Positions 1-14,822 of a stretch of DNA of 64,000 bases are shown here, piece by piece; position 1 is the stretch's first letter, and every line of letters begins with the position of its first letter. The stretch comes from the human T2T-CHM13v2.0 reference genome, Homo sapiens, in the NCBI GenBank assembly GCA_009914755.4, contig CP068257.2, positions 44,672,001 through 44,736,000 of the forward strand. Direction: 5' to 3'. The translations under genes were made by a program, and so were the position numbers. The notes beneath the pieces were generated by a model, which was not told the origin of the DNA, made no database searches, and worked only from the letters and a program-made list of their open reading frames with translations.

Positions 1-350
<350 letters not shown>

Positions 351-479
351 TGGCAAAGGTTTTTAAAGGAAAAAAACATAATTGTTTTGAGATAATGATC
401 CTTGGTTGCAAAGATCAATAACAAGATTAATGTCCGTCCAAGGTTAGACAGGCAGTTGCTGGGCAGATTATCCTTGCAG

Positions 480-1130
480 AAGTTTCTGTGTGCGTGTAAG
501 GTTGTCATAGCCTTTGTGCAAGGTTGCAGTTTTGTGTGTGTGTAAGGTTGTCATAGCCTTTGTGCAAGGTTGCAGTTTCGTGTGTGTGTGTAAGGTTGTC
601 ATAGCCTTTGTGCAAGGTTGCAGTTTCGTGTGTGTGTGTAAGGTTGTCATAGCCTTTGTGCACGGTTGCAGTTTTGTGTGTGTGTAAGGTTGTCATAGCC
701 TTTGTGCAAGGTTGCAGTTTCGTGTGTGTGTGTAAGGTTGTCATAGGCTTTGTGCAAGGTTGCAGTTTTGTGTGTGTGTAAGGTTGTCATAGCCTTTGTG
801 CAAGGTTGCAGTTTCGTGTGTGCGTGTAAGGTTGTCATAGCCTTTGTGCAAGGTTGCAGTTTCGTGTGTGTGTGTAAGGTTGTCATAGGCTTTGTGCAAG
901 GTTGCAGTTTCGTGTGTGTAAGGTTGTCATAGCCTTTGTGCAAGGTTGCGGTTTTGTATGTGTGTAAGGTTGTCATAGCCTTTGTGCAAGGTTGCAGTTT
1001 TGTGTGTGTGTGTAAGATTGTCATAGGCTTTGTGCAAGGTTGCAGTTTCATGTGTGTGTGTAAGGTTGTCATAGCCTTTGTGCAAGGTTGCAGTTTTGTA
1101 TGTGTGTAAGGTTGTCATAGCCTTTGTTGC
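480..1130. repeat. Minisatellite, about 13 copies of a 46-50 bp unit (taaggttgtcatagcctttgtgcaaggttgcagttt(c/t)g(tg)n); the length varies with the internal (GT)n
   Basis: Read directly from the sequence: periodicity of 46-50 bp from about 497 to 1110. It produces the overlapping repeat ORFs 468..1142. Confidence 0.9.
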
Positions 1131-1249
1131 AGTTTTTGCCATCTTTAGTGACAGTTTTTGTTATCAGGCATGGAAGTATGAGAATCCTCTCTTCATAGCT
1201 TTCCCCAGCTCTATTTGTCAGGTTTTTTGGTTTGTTTGTATAACCCTAA

Positions 1250-1569
<320 letters not shown>

Positions 1570-1680
1570 TATTCTGACAATTTTCACAATGGAAACAATT
1601 TAGGGCACTTGTGTACGGTTGGCTGGGCAACCCACCCGCCACAGGCCCAGCTGCCACTCTGGCCTGAGACATGCATCTTA

Positions 1681-2283
<603 letters not shown>

Positions 2284-2399
2284 GTGATTTGGTCAGAGAT
2301 AAGTGCTTATTTGCCTTGGGATTAACCAGGATGAAACCTGTCAACCTGTGGTTGGGTTACGTTTCCTGTTCTCTAAGTCTACATTTCCTCATTTTTTAG

Positions 2400-2528
2400 C
2401 ATCTGAAAGCAGGTGAATTTCCCCAGCCTGATTTTCCAGATGACTACAATTTGGGAGACATTTTCCTAGGAGTGGAGTATATCTTCCATCAGTGTAAAGA
2501 AAATGAAGATTACAATGACGTCCTGACT
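2400..2528 (+). CDS. YBEY: YBEY internal coding exon ([43 protein letters not shown]), 43 codons, phase 0/0
   Basis: Acceptor ttcctcattttttag|CAT at 2398-2399 and donor ACT|gtaagc at 2529-2530. The translation matches my memory of the human YbeY homolog. It continues in frame into the exon at 9521. Confidence 0.85.
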
Positions 2529-3529
2529 GTAAGCGGGGATGCTGAAATCATATAACCTGGCTCATGGAACATGGGCCTTGCAAAGGGGTCAAGATCACAA
2601 CCCTGCATCCATGTGTGTCCGTGGGTACCGTAAGGGCTACTGGGGGAAGAACCTGTAAGCAGGGTGTGAGGAGCACCCAGGCTGGGTAGGGACTGCATGC
2701 CCCATGCCACAGTTGAAGGAGGGAGAGAACACGCTGTGAAAACACAGAAGCTCCCAGAGAAGCCTTCTCAGCTTTTATCTCTGGAGTAGAGCAGACTATG
2801 TTGAGCTAACACAGACCTGCTGAATCAGCTTCTTTCTGAGCTGCCAGAAGTACAGAAGTTGGAGCCTCCACCACCTTCCAGATCTGTTTCTCCTCAGTGT
2901 AATCCACCTATGGGTTCTTCCTGCCCACTGCACAGACAAAACCAATTCACTGCAATTGTGGTATTGCAGTAGAGAAAGAGTTTAACACAGAGCTAGCCAA
3001 GCAGAAAGGCTGGAGTTATTATTCAACTCAATCTCCCAGAGAACTCAGAGGCTACAGTTTCTACAGGCAATTTGGCAGGCAGGGGCTAGGGAATGCCTGC
3101 TGCTGATCGGCTGCAGACGGACCATGGGGTGTCAACGATTTTTGTCCCCTGAGTCCGCCTCTGCGTGGAGCCACGGGATCAGCTGAGTCATGAGTCTCAG
3201 GTCCAGGTGGAGTCTGTAGGTTGCCAGAACTCAAAAGTCTGAAAAACATCCCAAAAGACCATTCTTAGGTTGTACTATTGACGTTATCTTATTGGGGAGC
3301 AATTGGGGCGGTCACAAATCTCGTGACCTCTGGCTGCGTGAGTCCTGAGCAGTAGGGAATTACAGCAGGGCAAGCTGGGGAAGCAAGGCCTGCGGGCTGG
3401 TTCTCCTCAGGACACCTACATCTGAGCAGAATTCAGGCCCCTCCCATCATCCTAATCTTGTGGCCCTTCACAAGCTTCACAGAGGTGGCTTCGGTCTTGA
3501 GCAAGGAGGGGATTCGTTTTAGGGAGGGA

Positions 3530-6500
3530 TGATTACTATTCTTGATTTAAAGTTAAACTCTAGATTAAATTCCTCCCGTGGTTAGCTTGGCCTGTGCCCG
3601 GGACTGAGTGGGGACAGCCACGCAAGTTAAACTCTAGATTAAATTCCTCCCGCGGTTAGCCTGACCCGTGCCCGGGACTCAGTGGAGTCAGCCACACAAG
3701 TTAAACTCTAGATTAAATTCCTCCCGCGGTTAGCCTGACCCATGCCCGGGACTCAGTGGAGTCAGCCACGCAAGTTAGACTCTAGATTAAATTCCTCCCG
3801 CGGTTAGCCTGACCCATGCCCGGGACTGAGTGGGGACAGCCACACAAGTTAAACTCTAGATTAAATTCCTCCCGCGGTTAGCCTGACCCATGCCCGGGAC
3901 TCAGTGGAGTCAGCCACGCAAGTTAGACTCTAGATTAAATTCCTCCCGCGGTTAGCCTGACCCGTGCCCGGGACTGAGTGGGGACAGCCACGCAAGTTAA
4001 ACTCTAGATTAAATTCCTCCCGCGGTTAGCCTGACCCGTGCCCGGGACTCAGTGGGGACAGCCACACAAGTTAAACTCTAGATTAAATTCCTCCCGCGGT
4101 TAGCCTGACCCGTGCCCGGAAGTGAGTGGAGTCGGCCACACAAGTTAAACTCTAGATTAAATTCCTCCCGTGGTTAGCCTGACCCATGCCCGGGACTCAG
4201 TGGGGACAGCCACGCAAGTTAAACTCTAGATTAAATTCCTCCCGCGGTTAGCCTGACCCGTGCCCGGGACTCAGTGGGGACAGCCACACAAGTTAAACTC
4301 TAGATTAAATTCCTCCCGCGGTTAGCCTGACCCGTGCCCGGGACTCAGTGGAATCAGCCACACAAGTTAAACTCTAGATTAAATTCCTCCCGCGGTTAGC
4401 CTGACCCATGCCCGGGACTCAGTGGAGTCAGCCACGCAAGTTAGACTCTAGATTAAATTCCTCCCGCGGTTAGCCTGACCCATGCCCGGGACTCAGTGGA
4501 GTCAGCCACACAAGTTAAACTCTAGATTAAATTCCTCCCGCGGTTAGCCTGACCCGTGCCCGGAAGTGAGTGGAGTCAGCCACACAAGTTAAACTCTAGA
4601 TTAAATTCCTCCCGCGGTTAGCCTGACCCGTGCCCGGGACTCAGTGGAGTCAGCCACACAAGTTAAACTCTAGATTAAATTCCTCCCGCGGTTAGCCTGA
4701 CCCATGCCCGGGACTCAGTGGAGTCAGCCACACAAGTTAAACTCTAGATTAAATTCCTCCCGCGGTTAGCCTGACCCGTGCCCGGGACTCAGTGGAGTCA
4801 GCCACACAAGTTAGACTCTAGATTAAATTCCTCCCGCGGTTAGCCTGACCCGTGCCCGGGACTCAGTGGAGTCAGCCACACAAGTTAAACTCTAGATTAA
4901 ATTCCTCCCGCGGTTAGCCTGACCCGTGCCCGGGACTCAGTGGAGTCAGCCACACAAGTTAGACTCTAGATTAAATTCCTCCCGCGGTTAGCCTGACCCG
5001 TGCCCGGGACTCAGTGGAGTCAGCCACACAAGTTAGACTCTAGATTAAATTCCTCCCGCGGTTAGCCTGACCCGTGCCCGGGACTCAGTGGGGACAGCCA
5101 CACAAGTTAAACTCTAGATTAAATTCCTCCCGTGGTTAGCCTGACCCATGCCCGGGACTCAGTGGGGACAGCCACACAAGTTAAACTCTAGATTAAATTC
5201 CTCCCGCGGTTAGCCTGACCCATGCCCGGGACTCAGTGGAGTCAGCCACACAAGTTAGACTCTAGATTAAATTCCTCCCGCGGTTAGCCTGACCCGTGCC
5301 CGGGACTCAGTGGAGTCAGCCACACAAGTTAAACTCTAGATTAAATTCCTCCCGCGGTTAGCCTGACCCGTGCCCGGGACTCAGTGGAGTCAGCCACACA
5401 AGTTAGACTCTAGATTAAATTCCTCCCGCGGTTAGCCTGACCCGTGCCCGGGACTCAGTGGAGTCAGCCACACAAGTTAGACTCTAGATTAAATTCCTCC
5501 CGCGGTTAGCCTGACCCGTGCCCGGGACTCAGTGGGGACAGCCACACAAGTTAGACTCTAGATTAAATTCCTCCCGCGGTTAGCCTGACCCGTGCCCGGG
5601 ACTCAGTGGAGTCAGCCACACAAGTTAAACTCTAGATTAAATTCCTCCCGCGGTTAGCCTGACCCGTGCCCGGGACTCAGTGGGGACAGCCACACAAGTT
5701 AAACTCTAGATTAAATTCCTCCCGCGGTTAGCCTGACCCGTGCCCGGGACTCAGTGGGGACAGCCACACAAGTTAAACTCTAGATTAAATTCCTCCCGCG
5801 GTTAGCCTGACCCATGCCCGGGACTCAGTGGGGACAGCCACACAAGTTAGACTCTAGATTAAATTCCTCCCGCGGTTAGCCTGACCCGTGCCCGGGACTC
5901 AGTGGAGTCAGCCACACAAGTTAAACTCTAGATTAAATTCCTCCCGCGGTTAGCCTGACCCATGCCCGGGACTCAGTGGAGTCAGCCACGCAAGTTAGAC
6001 TCTAGATTAAATTCCTCCCGCGGTTAGCCTGACCCGTGCCCGGGACTCAGTGGAGTCAGCCACACAAGTTAGACTCTAGATTAAATTCCTCCCGCGGTTA
6101 GCCTGACCCATGCCCGGGACTCAGTGGAGTCAGCCACGCAAGTTAGACTCTAGATTAAATTCCTCCCGCGGTTAGCCTGACCCGTGCCCGGGACTCAGTG
6201 GAGTCAGCCACACAAGTTAAACTCTAGATTAAATTCCTCCCGCGGTTAGCCTGACCCGTGCCCGGGACTCAGTGGGGACAGCCACACAAGTTAAACTCTA
6301 GATTAAATTCCTCCCGCGGTTAGCCTGACCCATGCCCGGGACTCAGTGGAGTCAGCCACGCAAGTTAGACTCTAGATTAAATTCCTCCCGCGGTTAGCCT
6401 GACCCGTGCCCGGGACTCAGTGGAGTCAGCCACACAAGTTAAACTCTAGATTAAATTCCTCCCGCGGTTAGCCTGACCCATGCCCGGGACTCAGTGGAGT

Positions 6501-8062
6501 CAGCCACACAAGTTAAACTCTAGATTAAATTCCTCCCGCGGTTAGCCTGACCCGTGCCCGGGACTCAGTGGAGTCAGCCACACAAGTTAGACTCTAGATT
6601 AAATTCCTCCCGCGGTTAGCCTGACCCATGCCCGGGACTCAGTGGAGTCAGCCACACAAGTTAGACTCTAGATTAAATTCCTCCCGCGGTTAGCCTGACC
6701 CATGCCCGGGACTCAGTGGAGTCAGCCACGCAAGTTAGACTCTAGATTAAATTCCTCCCGCGGTTAGCCTGACCCGTGCCCGGGACTCAGTGGAGTCAGC
6801 CACACAAGTTAAACTCTAGATTAAATTCCTCCCGCGGTTAGCCTGACCCGTGCCCGGGACTCAGTGGGGACAGCCACGCAAGTTAGACTCTAGATTAAAT
6901 TCCTCCCGCGGTTAGCCTGACCCGTGCCCGGGACTCAGTGGGGACAGCCACGCAAGTTAAACTCTAGATTAAATTCCTCCCGCGGTTAGCCTGACCCGTG
7001 CCCGGGACTCAGTGGAGTCAGCCACACAAGTTAGACTCTAGATTAAATTCCTCCCGCGGTTAGCCTGACCCGTGCCCGGGACTCAGTGGAGTCAGCCACA
7101 CAAGTTAGACTCTAGATTAAATTCCTCCCGCGGTTAGCCTGACCCATGCCCGGGACTCAGTGGGGACAGCCACGCAAGTTAGACTCTAGATTAAATTCCT
7201 CCCGCGGTTAGCCTGACCCGTGCCCGGGACTCAGTGGGGACAGCCACGCAAGTTAAACTCTAGATTAAATTCCTCCCGCGGTTAGCCTGACCCATGCCCG
7301 GGACTCAGTGGGGACAGCCACACAAGTTAAACTCTAGATTAAATTCCTCCCGCGGTTAGCCTGACCCGTGCCCGGGACTCAGTGGAGTCAGCCACGCAAG
7401 TTAGACTCTAGATTAAATTCCTCCCGCGGTTAGCCTGACCCGTGCCCGGGACTCAGTGGGGACAGCCACACAAGTTAGACTCTAGATTAAATTCCTCCCG
7501 CGGTTAGCCTGACCCGTGCCCGGGACTCAGTGGAGTCAGCCACGCAAGTTAGACTCTAGATTAAATTCCTCCCGCGGTTAGCCTGACCCGTGCCCGGGAC
7601 TCAGTGGGGACAGCCACGCAAGTTAGACTCTAGATTAAATTCCTCCCGCGGTTAGCCTGACCCGTGCCCGGGACTCAGTGGAGTCAGCCACGCAAGTTAG
7701 ACTCTAGATTAAATTCCTCCCGCGGTTAGCCTGACCCGTGCCCCGGACTCAGTGGGGACAGCCACGCAAGTTAAACTCTAGATTAAATTCCTCCCGTGGT
7801 TAGCCTGACCCGTGCCCGGGACTCAGTGGGGACAGCCACGCAAGTTAGACTCTAGATTAAATTCCTCCCGCGGTTAGCCTGACCCGTGCCCGGGACTCAG
7901 TGGAGTCAGCCACGCAAGTTAGACTCTAGATTAAATTCCTCCCGCGGTTAGCCTGACCCGTGCCCGGAAGTGAGTGGAGTCGGCCACGCAAGTTAGACTC
8001 TAGATTAAATTCCTCCCGCGGTTAGCCTGACCCATGCCCGGGACTCGGTGGAATCAGCCACC
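3530..8062. repeat. Large CpG-dense minisatellite (VNTR): about 61 tandem copies of a 74-bp unit (caagtt(a/g)aactctagattaaattcctcccgcggttagcctgaccc(g/a)tgcccgggactcagtgg(agt/gga)cagccac(a/g))
   Basis: Measured period of 74 bp (tagatt at 3561 and 3635). It runs uninterrupted for about 4.5 kb inside a YBEY intron. Each unit has 4-5 CpGs and a few recurring variant positions. Confidence 0.95.
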
Positions 8063-8837
8063 CCAGACCTCTCTCACTGTTATCATTTTTGCACAGGTGG
8101 TTTCAGCAGCTTGATGCCAAAAAAAATAAAAAAGGAAAAGTATTCTGAAAAGCCATGTATGAGTGAATCATACTTAACTTGGCCTCCTTTGGCTGCACAG
8201 CCATGCCCTGAATCGCCCTTGTGGATCCAAGTGCATCCGTGTGGCTTGAGGCAGAGCTTCCCAGCCAGACCCAGTGTGAAAGGATGGGACGGCCACACAG
8301 GAACCTGGGCCCCAACTGCTCCCTCCAGACCTGGGTGGGACTTGCCCGCCATGCACACCCTGCTGGGGAAGAGGGAGTTTCTGAGAGTGACAGGAAGTGG
8401 CCCAGCCGGAGATTCAGCCCTGGGATCTCTGTGGCCAGCAACTGTGGGCGGGGGGGTATGTGGACATCTGCTTCCATTTTCCCCAAACCTAAGATTCTGT
8501 TCCCTGGTCTTCCCCTGGCATTTCTTCCTCGGGCCCAGAGCCCTCTCCTTGGGGCTCCCTATTACCCTGAGGGGAGGGCCAGCCCACCAGCCCAGGACCC
8601 CATCCTCATAGCCACAGGCCAGGCCAGCTCTGCTCAGGGCTGGCTCTCAGTTGCACTCTCCATCTACCCTGCCTTGTCCTCCATGTCTCCAGGCACCTCC
8701 CGCCAGCCCCAAGGATACCCACCTCCCAGACCTCCCTCCTCCCTCCACCCAAACCCCAGGGGAGTGCTACCCCTATGGCCCATGTGGCTCCATAAACCCC
8801 CTTGGTGCTGTGCCTGCTCAGGGTCCACAGGCCCTCC

Positions 8838-8870
8838 CTCCTCTTCCTCCTCCTCCTCCTCTTCCCCCAG
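8838..8870. repeat. (CCT)n simple repeat
   Basis: cctcctcttcctcctcctcctcctcttcc, read directly. Confidence 0.8.
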
Positions 8871-9520
8871 CTCTGGGCTCCATCCGGGTGCCCCTCCCCT
8901 GTGGGCTTTAATCCAGCCCTCTCTCCAGGGGGACATGGCGACTGTGGGTCTTCCTGACTCACCAGCAGCTGCACCTCCCTCCGCCTCCGCCTTCATACCT
9001 CTCCCCCACTCCCTGTGCTGCCTGTGCCCCAAAGCTTTACCCAGAGTGTTCAGTAAAATCAGGGGCCACCGGAGGCCCCATCCTCTGACTGGGGGTTGGA
9101 CCTGGGGTGTGGGCTGTGCGCTTGCCTCGTCCCTCTTAGGGCAGGGAGGCCACCCCTGGCCGGTGCCCCACTGCCCCACCACCCCGTGGCACCCACCCCT
9201 CCCCACTTCTTCATATTCCATCCCCCCTTGCCCATTGCTCCTGCGGCTGGGCAGTTCCATCCTGGGGGCCCCTCCCCAGCACAGTGCTGGCCCAGACAGC
9301 AATCCACGTTGACTAAAGACTCTCAAAGGGGCTTGCTTGCTTTCCATTTTAGATGGAAGGGAACTGAAGCTGAGTGCCTGTAATTCCTGCCCAGGGGTCT
9401 CACAGCAACCCTGGGGTCCTGCAGCCACATACCAAGAGCAGCCTGTGGCCCTGGGGTGGCCCTGAAGGGGCAGGTTCCTGTGGGGTCATCCTCTGAGCCG
9501 GTTTAAAATTATTCTGACAG

Positions 9521-9589
9521 GTGACGGCCACCCACGGACTCTGTCACTTGCTGGGATTCACACACGGCACGGAGGCAGAGTGGCAGCAG
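9521..9589 (+). CDS. YBEY: YBEY coding exon ([23 protein letters not shown]) carrying the H-x3-H-x5-H zinc-binding motif of the UPF0054/YbeY family
   Basis: Acceptor attctgacag|GTG and donor CAG|gtaagg. The motif is [11 protein letters not shown]. 69 nt, phase 0. Confidence 0.9.
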
Positions 9590-10072
9590 GTAAGGAGCCC
9601 ATCCATCCCACTACCGAGGGGGTGCGTGGGGGAAGGAGGCTCCCCCAGGCCCCTGCCAGCCCCCACCCTCCATCCTGACCGCCCCCGCAGGAACTGGACC
9701 TCAGACCTGCCCTTGTAAAAATGACACAGATGTTTGCTTTCAACACCGGGCTCCCCTAATACTTCCAGCTGAATGTGTTCACTAAGGAAAGCGGTCTGAG
9801 TGCAGAGGCCGAGAGCCACAGCTGACACTAGCAAGTGGCGCTTGGTCAAAAAGGTCCAATCAGCTAGAGACTAGGCCAGACCCAGGGCGGAGGCGGGAGC
9901 TCTGCGTGGAGTGAGTTCCGGGTTGGTTTCCTCCAGACCCATGCGCTCCGCCTACGGAGGCCCACGTGGGCTCCGGTCCACATGGTTAACAGGCACACAA
10001 GCCCGTGTTGGGAGCAAACTGCTTCTCTGAAAGTCATGAAAAACCTTTTTCATTAAAAAAAGAAAAAGTTTG

Positions 10073-10683
<611 letters not shown>

Positions 10684-10898
10684 TTATTCTCCCGGCCTGT
10701 GGCGGTTCGTGCACTCGCTGAGCTCAGGTTCTGGTGAAGGTGCCCGGAGCCGGGTCCCGCCCTTCGGCCTGAGCTAGAGCCGCGCGGGCGGCCGGGTTCC
10801 CCCAAACCCTGTGGGAGGGGCATCCCGAGGAGGCGACCCCAGAGAGTGGGGCGCGGACACCTTCCCTGGGGAGGGCCAGCGCGCTTCCTTCCTTCCAG

Positions 10899-10994
10899 AT
10901 GTTCCAGAAGGAGAAGGCGGTGCTGGACGAGCTGGGCCGACGCACGGGGACCCGGCTGCAGCCCCTGACCCGGGGCCTCTTCGGAGGGAGCTGA
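10899..10994 (+). CDS. YBEY: YBEY terminal coding exon (MFQKEKAVLDELGRRTGTRLQPLTRGLFGGS, then TGA stop)
   Basis: Acceptor cttccttccttccag|ATG. It is in frame with the preceding exon. The TGA stop is at 10992-10994, followed by the 3'UTR. Confidence 0.9.
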   Translation: MFQKEKAVLDELGRRTGTRLQPLTRGLFGGS

Positions 10995-11062
10995 GGGCCG
11001 CGTTCCTTCTGAAAGCGGGACGCGGGAGGGGTGGAGGCTGCGGGGAGCCGGGGTCGCACACA

Positions 11063-11146
11063 AATAAATAACGAATGAACGTACGAGGGGAACCTCCTCT
11101 TATTTCCTTCACGTTGCATCGGGTATTTTTCATTATTGTAAATAAA
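11063..11146 (+). terminator. YBEY: Candidate YBEY polyadenylation signals (AATAAATAA at about 11063-11071; AATAAA at about 11141-11146)
   Basis: Two canonical hexamers 70-150 nt downstream of the YBEY stop codon, on the plus strand. Confidence 0.5.
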
Positions 11147-11791
11147 ACGGTTCCGAGCCGTGGCATCGAGAGGGCGTCTGGAGTTCAGGGAACGCGTGGC
11201 CCCCGCCCGGGAGCACCGCGCAGCGCTCGCCTCTCGCCCTTCAAGGGGGTCCCTGCCCGGAGCCTGCGCCCCCGGAGAGGAAGGGGCTCGAGGGGCTTGG
11301 GTGCCGCAGCGCGTCCTTCCGTAGAAAAGGCTTGCGTCAGTATTTCCTGCTTTACCTCCTGAGTATTGGAATATTCGAGTAAACCCTGGAGTTTCAGCGC
11401 CAGCGCACGCCTCTTCATCAGGGCAGCGCGTCGCGAGCGCGCTGGTTCCCCGGGGCCTCCCGGCCACGGACACCGCTCTAGCCAGGGCCACGGCGAGGCC
11501 GCCGAGCAGCACCTCAGAGACCTGCGTGAGTTCTAAAGCCTGGGGCTACTACAATTCTGCTCATCTGTTTGTCCTGTGAAATGATTCAGGGACATGAAAA
11601 TGCCTTCCCACTGGACTTGCGTCCTGTCTTAGCCTGGACTTGTCCCCTTGGGAACACGGGCCAGGCCCCTCTGTTCCTGAAGTCGCTGCACCACCGCGCC
11701 CTTCGGTGAAGAGCGTTCTGTTTACTGTGAGACATAGCTTCATGTCGAAAAAGTACTCGTGAAAACAGAAAATGGAGTCAGCTTTAATCCA

Positions 11792-11794
<3 letters not shown>

Positions 11795-11827
<33 letters not shown>

Positions 11828-12108
11828 AGACGGAGTCTCGCTCTGTCGCCCAGGCTGGAGAGCAGTGGCGCAATCTGGGCTCACTGCAGGCTCCGCCCGC
11901 CGGGGTTCACGCCATTCTCCTGCTTCATCCTCCCGAGTAGCTGGGACTACAGGCGCCTGCCACCTCGCCCGGCTAATTTTTTGTATTTTTAGTAGAGACG
12001 GGGTTTCACTGTGTTAGCCAGGATGGTCTCCATCTCCTGACCTCGTGATCCGCCCACCTCGGCCTCCCAAAGTGCTGGGATTACAGGCGTGAGCCACCAC
12101 GCCCGGCC
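11795..12108 (-). mobile_element. Alu (SINE) with a long poly-T (about 40 nt)
   Basis: Alu consensus in minus orientation. Confidence 0.85.
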
Positions 12109-12112
12109 TGTT

Positions 12113-12646
<534 letters not shown>

Positions 12647-13528
12647 CCAACCCTTTGTTTCTTTAGGGAATGTGAGCAAATGCCCTTCTGACCTGAATCT
12701 GAGGAAGAGCCGCCCGTGGCCCAGGCAGCAGCAGCATCACCTGTTGCAGGGTAGTTTCCTGCTCTAGGAACCTGGTAGTTAGGAGTGGGGGCTCACAGGT
12801 CACCACTGCCCAGCCTGTCCCCAGCCATACTGCCCTGATTCTGGACCCTCTTGCAAGCCAGAGTGTCGTCAGAGCAGGTCCGTCCTCATCCTTCTGCTCC
12901 CAGAGTCACCCGGCCCTTCACGTTCTGTGTGGTTCCAGATTCAGCTCCTCACATGCCAGGAAGAATGTGGTATCTTGACTGGAGTTGCATTGAATCTGCA
13001 GATCTGCCAACCCTGTGGAGGCTCTGACCCATGCATATGTGCTGCCTTGGTCCCTGGGTCATCTTCAACCTCTCTCAGTGAGTGTCACCCAACTTATCAG
13101 GTGTACAGGTGTGCACAATGTGCCCTGAGCCCCCCCCACCACAGGCAAGGAGGTGTGGCCATGAGAAGCCCCCACTCCTAACTACCAGGTACCAGGCACC
13201 CAGACCCCAAAACCCCTGCCAAGTAGCCCAAGCCCATTTTCAGGGCCTGCTCTGAGCTCTTCAGCCTACCCAGGTGGACCAAGGGGGACCAAGGGGGACT
13301 GTGTATGGGGGTGAGCTCATCCCCTGCCCCACCCTCAGGTGTGACCCCACCCCTCCTGCAGGCCAGTCAAGGCTAAGCCAGTGCAGCTGTGCCCTCACCA
13401 GACACTCTGGATGCCAGAGCCTTTCATCCCTGTGAACCCAGCAAGACCAGGCCATCCAAAGACCACCACTTCCTGTGACATTTCTTCCCTCTGTTGTATG
13501 AAAAATTCTGTTGAGAAATATTTAATAG

Positions 13529-13809
<281 letters not shown>

Positions 13810-14529
13810 CAAAAAAAAACACTTTTAATAGAAAGAAAGAAATGCCATGCTGGAAAGTCACCTTGAAAAGAGGAAATGGAGTCTGAGCTTTGGTTTGAGC
13901 TTTTAACGAGAGCACAGAGTCTCTGGAATCACCTTCAAGAGGCACGAAAAGATGGTTCTGAGAGAAGTGAGTGTTACTGCCAGTAGCTGCGCTGGGCCCT
14001 TCGGTGTTCACACCTGCCCGTCCATGTCAGCACCAGGTGGCTGTCCCTGGGGAGCTCTGCAGCTCAGTGGCAACTCTCTGGTCATCCTGTCTCCTACCTG
14101 CAAACTTTCAAAGATGGAAGCACTGGGACAGGGTTCCTCCTTGTGCGGAACTTCAGGAATGAAAGAATCTGTCCTAATAGGGGGTGAATGAAAGTTTATG
14201 TATACTACTTAAAAATATGTAAACAACATTAAAAGAGCAAAGAAACATAATTGCACCCAAAAAAAAAAGTAACAAAAAGTAAAGAAAAGAAATAGTCAAG
14301 GTAGCCTGTCCACATGGTAAGAAACCCCACAGCACAGAAGGAAACTGAACTGAGGGGAGTGAGCCGCCCTTCCACTGCCCAGCACTCACCTTTGCTTTAC
14401 AGGAACAAGAGCTGTGCAAACCAGCATGTAGAGATTTCTGCATTTATAGCATTAGCACTCTCCCTTTTTTTTTTTTTATTAACTCAAAAGGGATCACGTC
14501 ATACACAGCTTGCTTCTTTCACTTTTTTA

Positions 14530-14822
14530 TTTTATTTTTTGAGACAGGGGCCTGCTCTGTGGTCCAGGCTATAGTGCAGTGGTTCCATCAGAGCTCACTG
14601 CAGCTTCTAACTCCTGGGCTCAAGCAATCCTCCCACCTCAGCCCCCAGAGCTGCTGAGATAACAGGCGCATATCACCACACCTGGCTAGTTTTTTAAATT
14701 TATTTTTTGTAGAGACGGGGTCTTGCTATGTGACCCAGGCTGGTCTCGAATTCCTGAGCTCAAGTGATCCTCCTGCCTCAGCCTCTTAAAGTGCTGGGAT
14801 TACAGGCATGAGCCATGCACCC
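14530..14822 (-). mobile_element. Alu (SINE), older subfamily
   Basis: ttttttgagacaggggcctgctctgtggtccaggctatagtgcagtgg... Confidence 0.8.

Larger units (their letters stand above)
10690..11520. promoter_or_regulatory. CpG-island-like GC-rich block covering the YBEY terminal exon and 3' flank
   Basis: Dense CpG content (for example gcgcgggcggccggg, cgcgggaggggtgg, gcgcgtcgcgagcgcgctgg). It is not at a known 5' end in this window. The long ORFs 10724..11512 are GC artefacts. Confidence 0.5.

Noticed and set aside
3530-8062. Could the regular 74-bp array be a CRISPR array?
   Set aside because: There are no unique spacers: the whole 74-bp period repeats with only point variants. The context is clearly human, Alu-rich DNA. 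It is a minisatellite, not repeat-spacer architecture.
8221-9312. 363-aa plus-strand ORF (Pro/Ser/Gly-rich), the longest ORF in the provided track
   Set aside because: It lies in a YBEY intron, is low-complexity, and overlaps long ORFs in other frames and on the other strand (8664..9428 minus, 8606..8974 minus). That pattern is typical of GC-rich non-coding DNA. There are no convincing splice sites or Kozak start.
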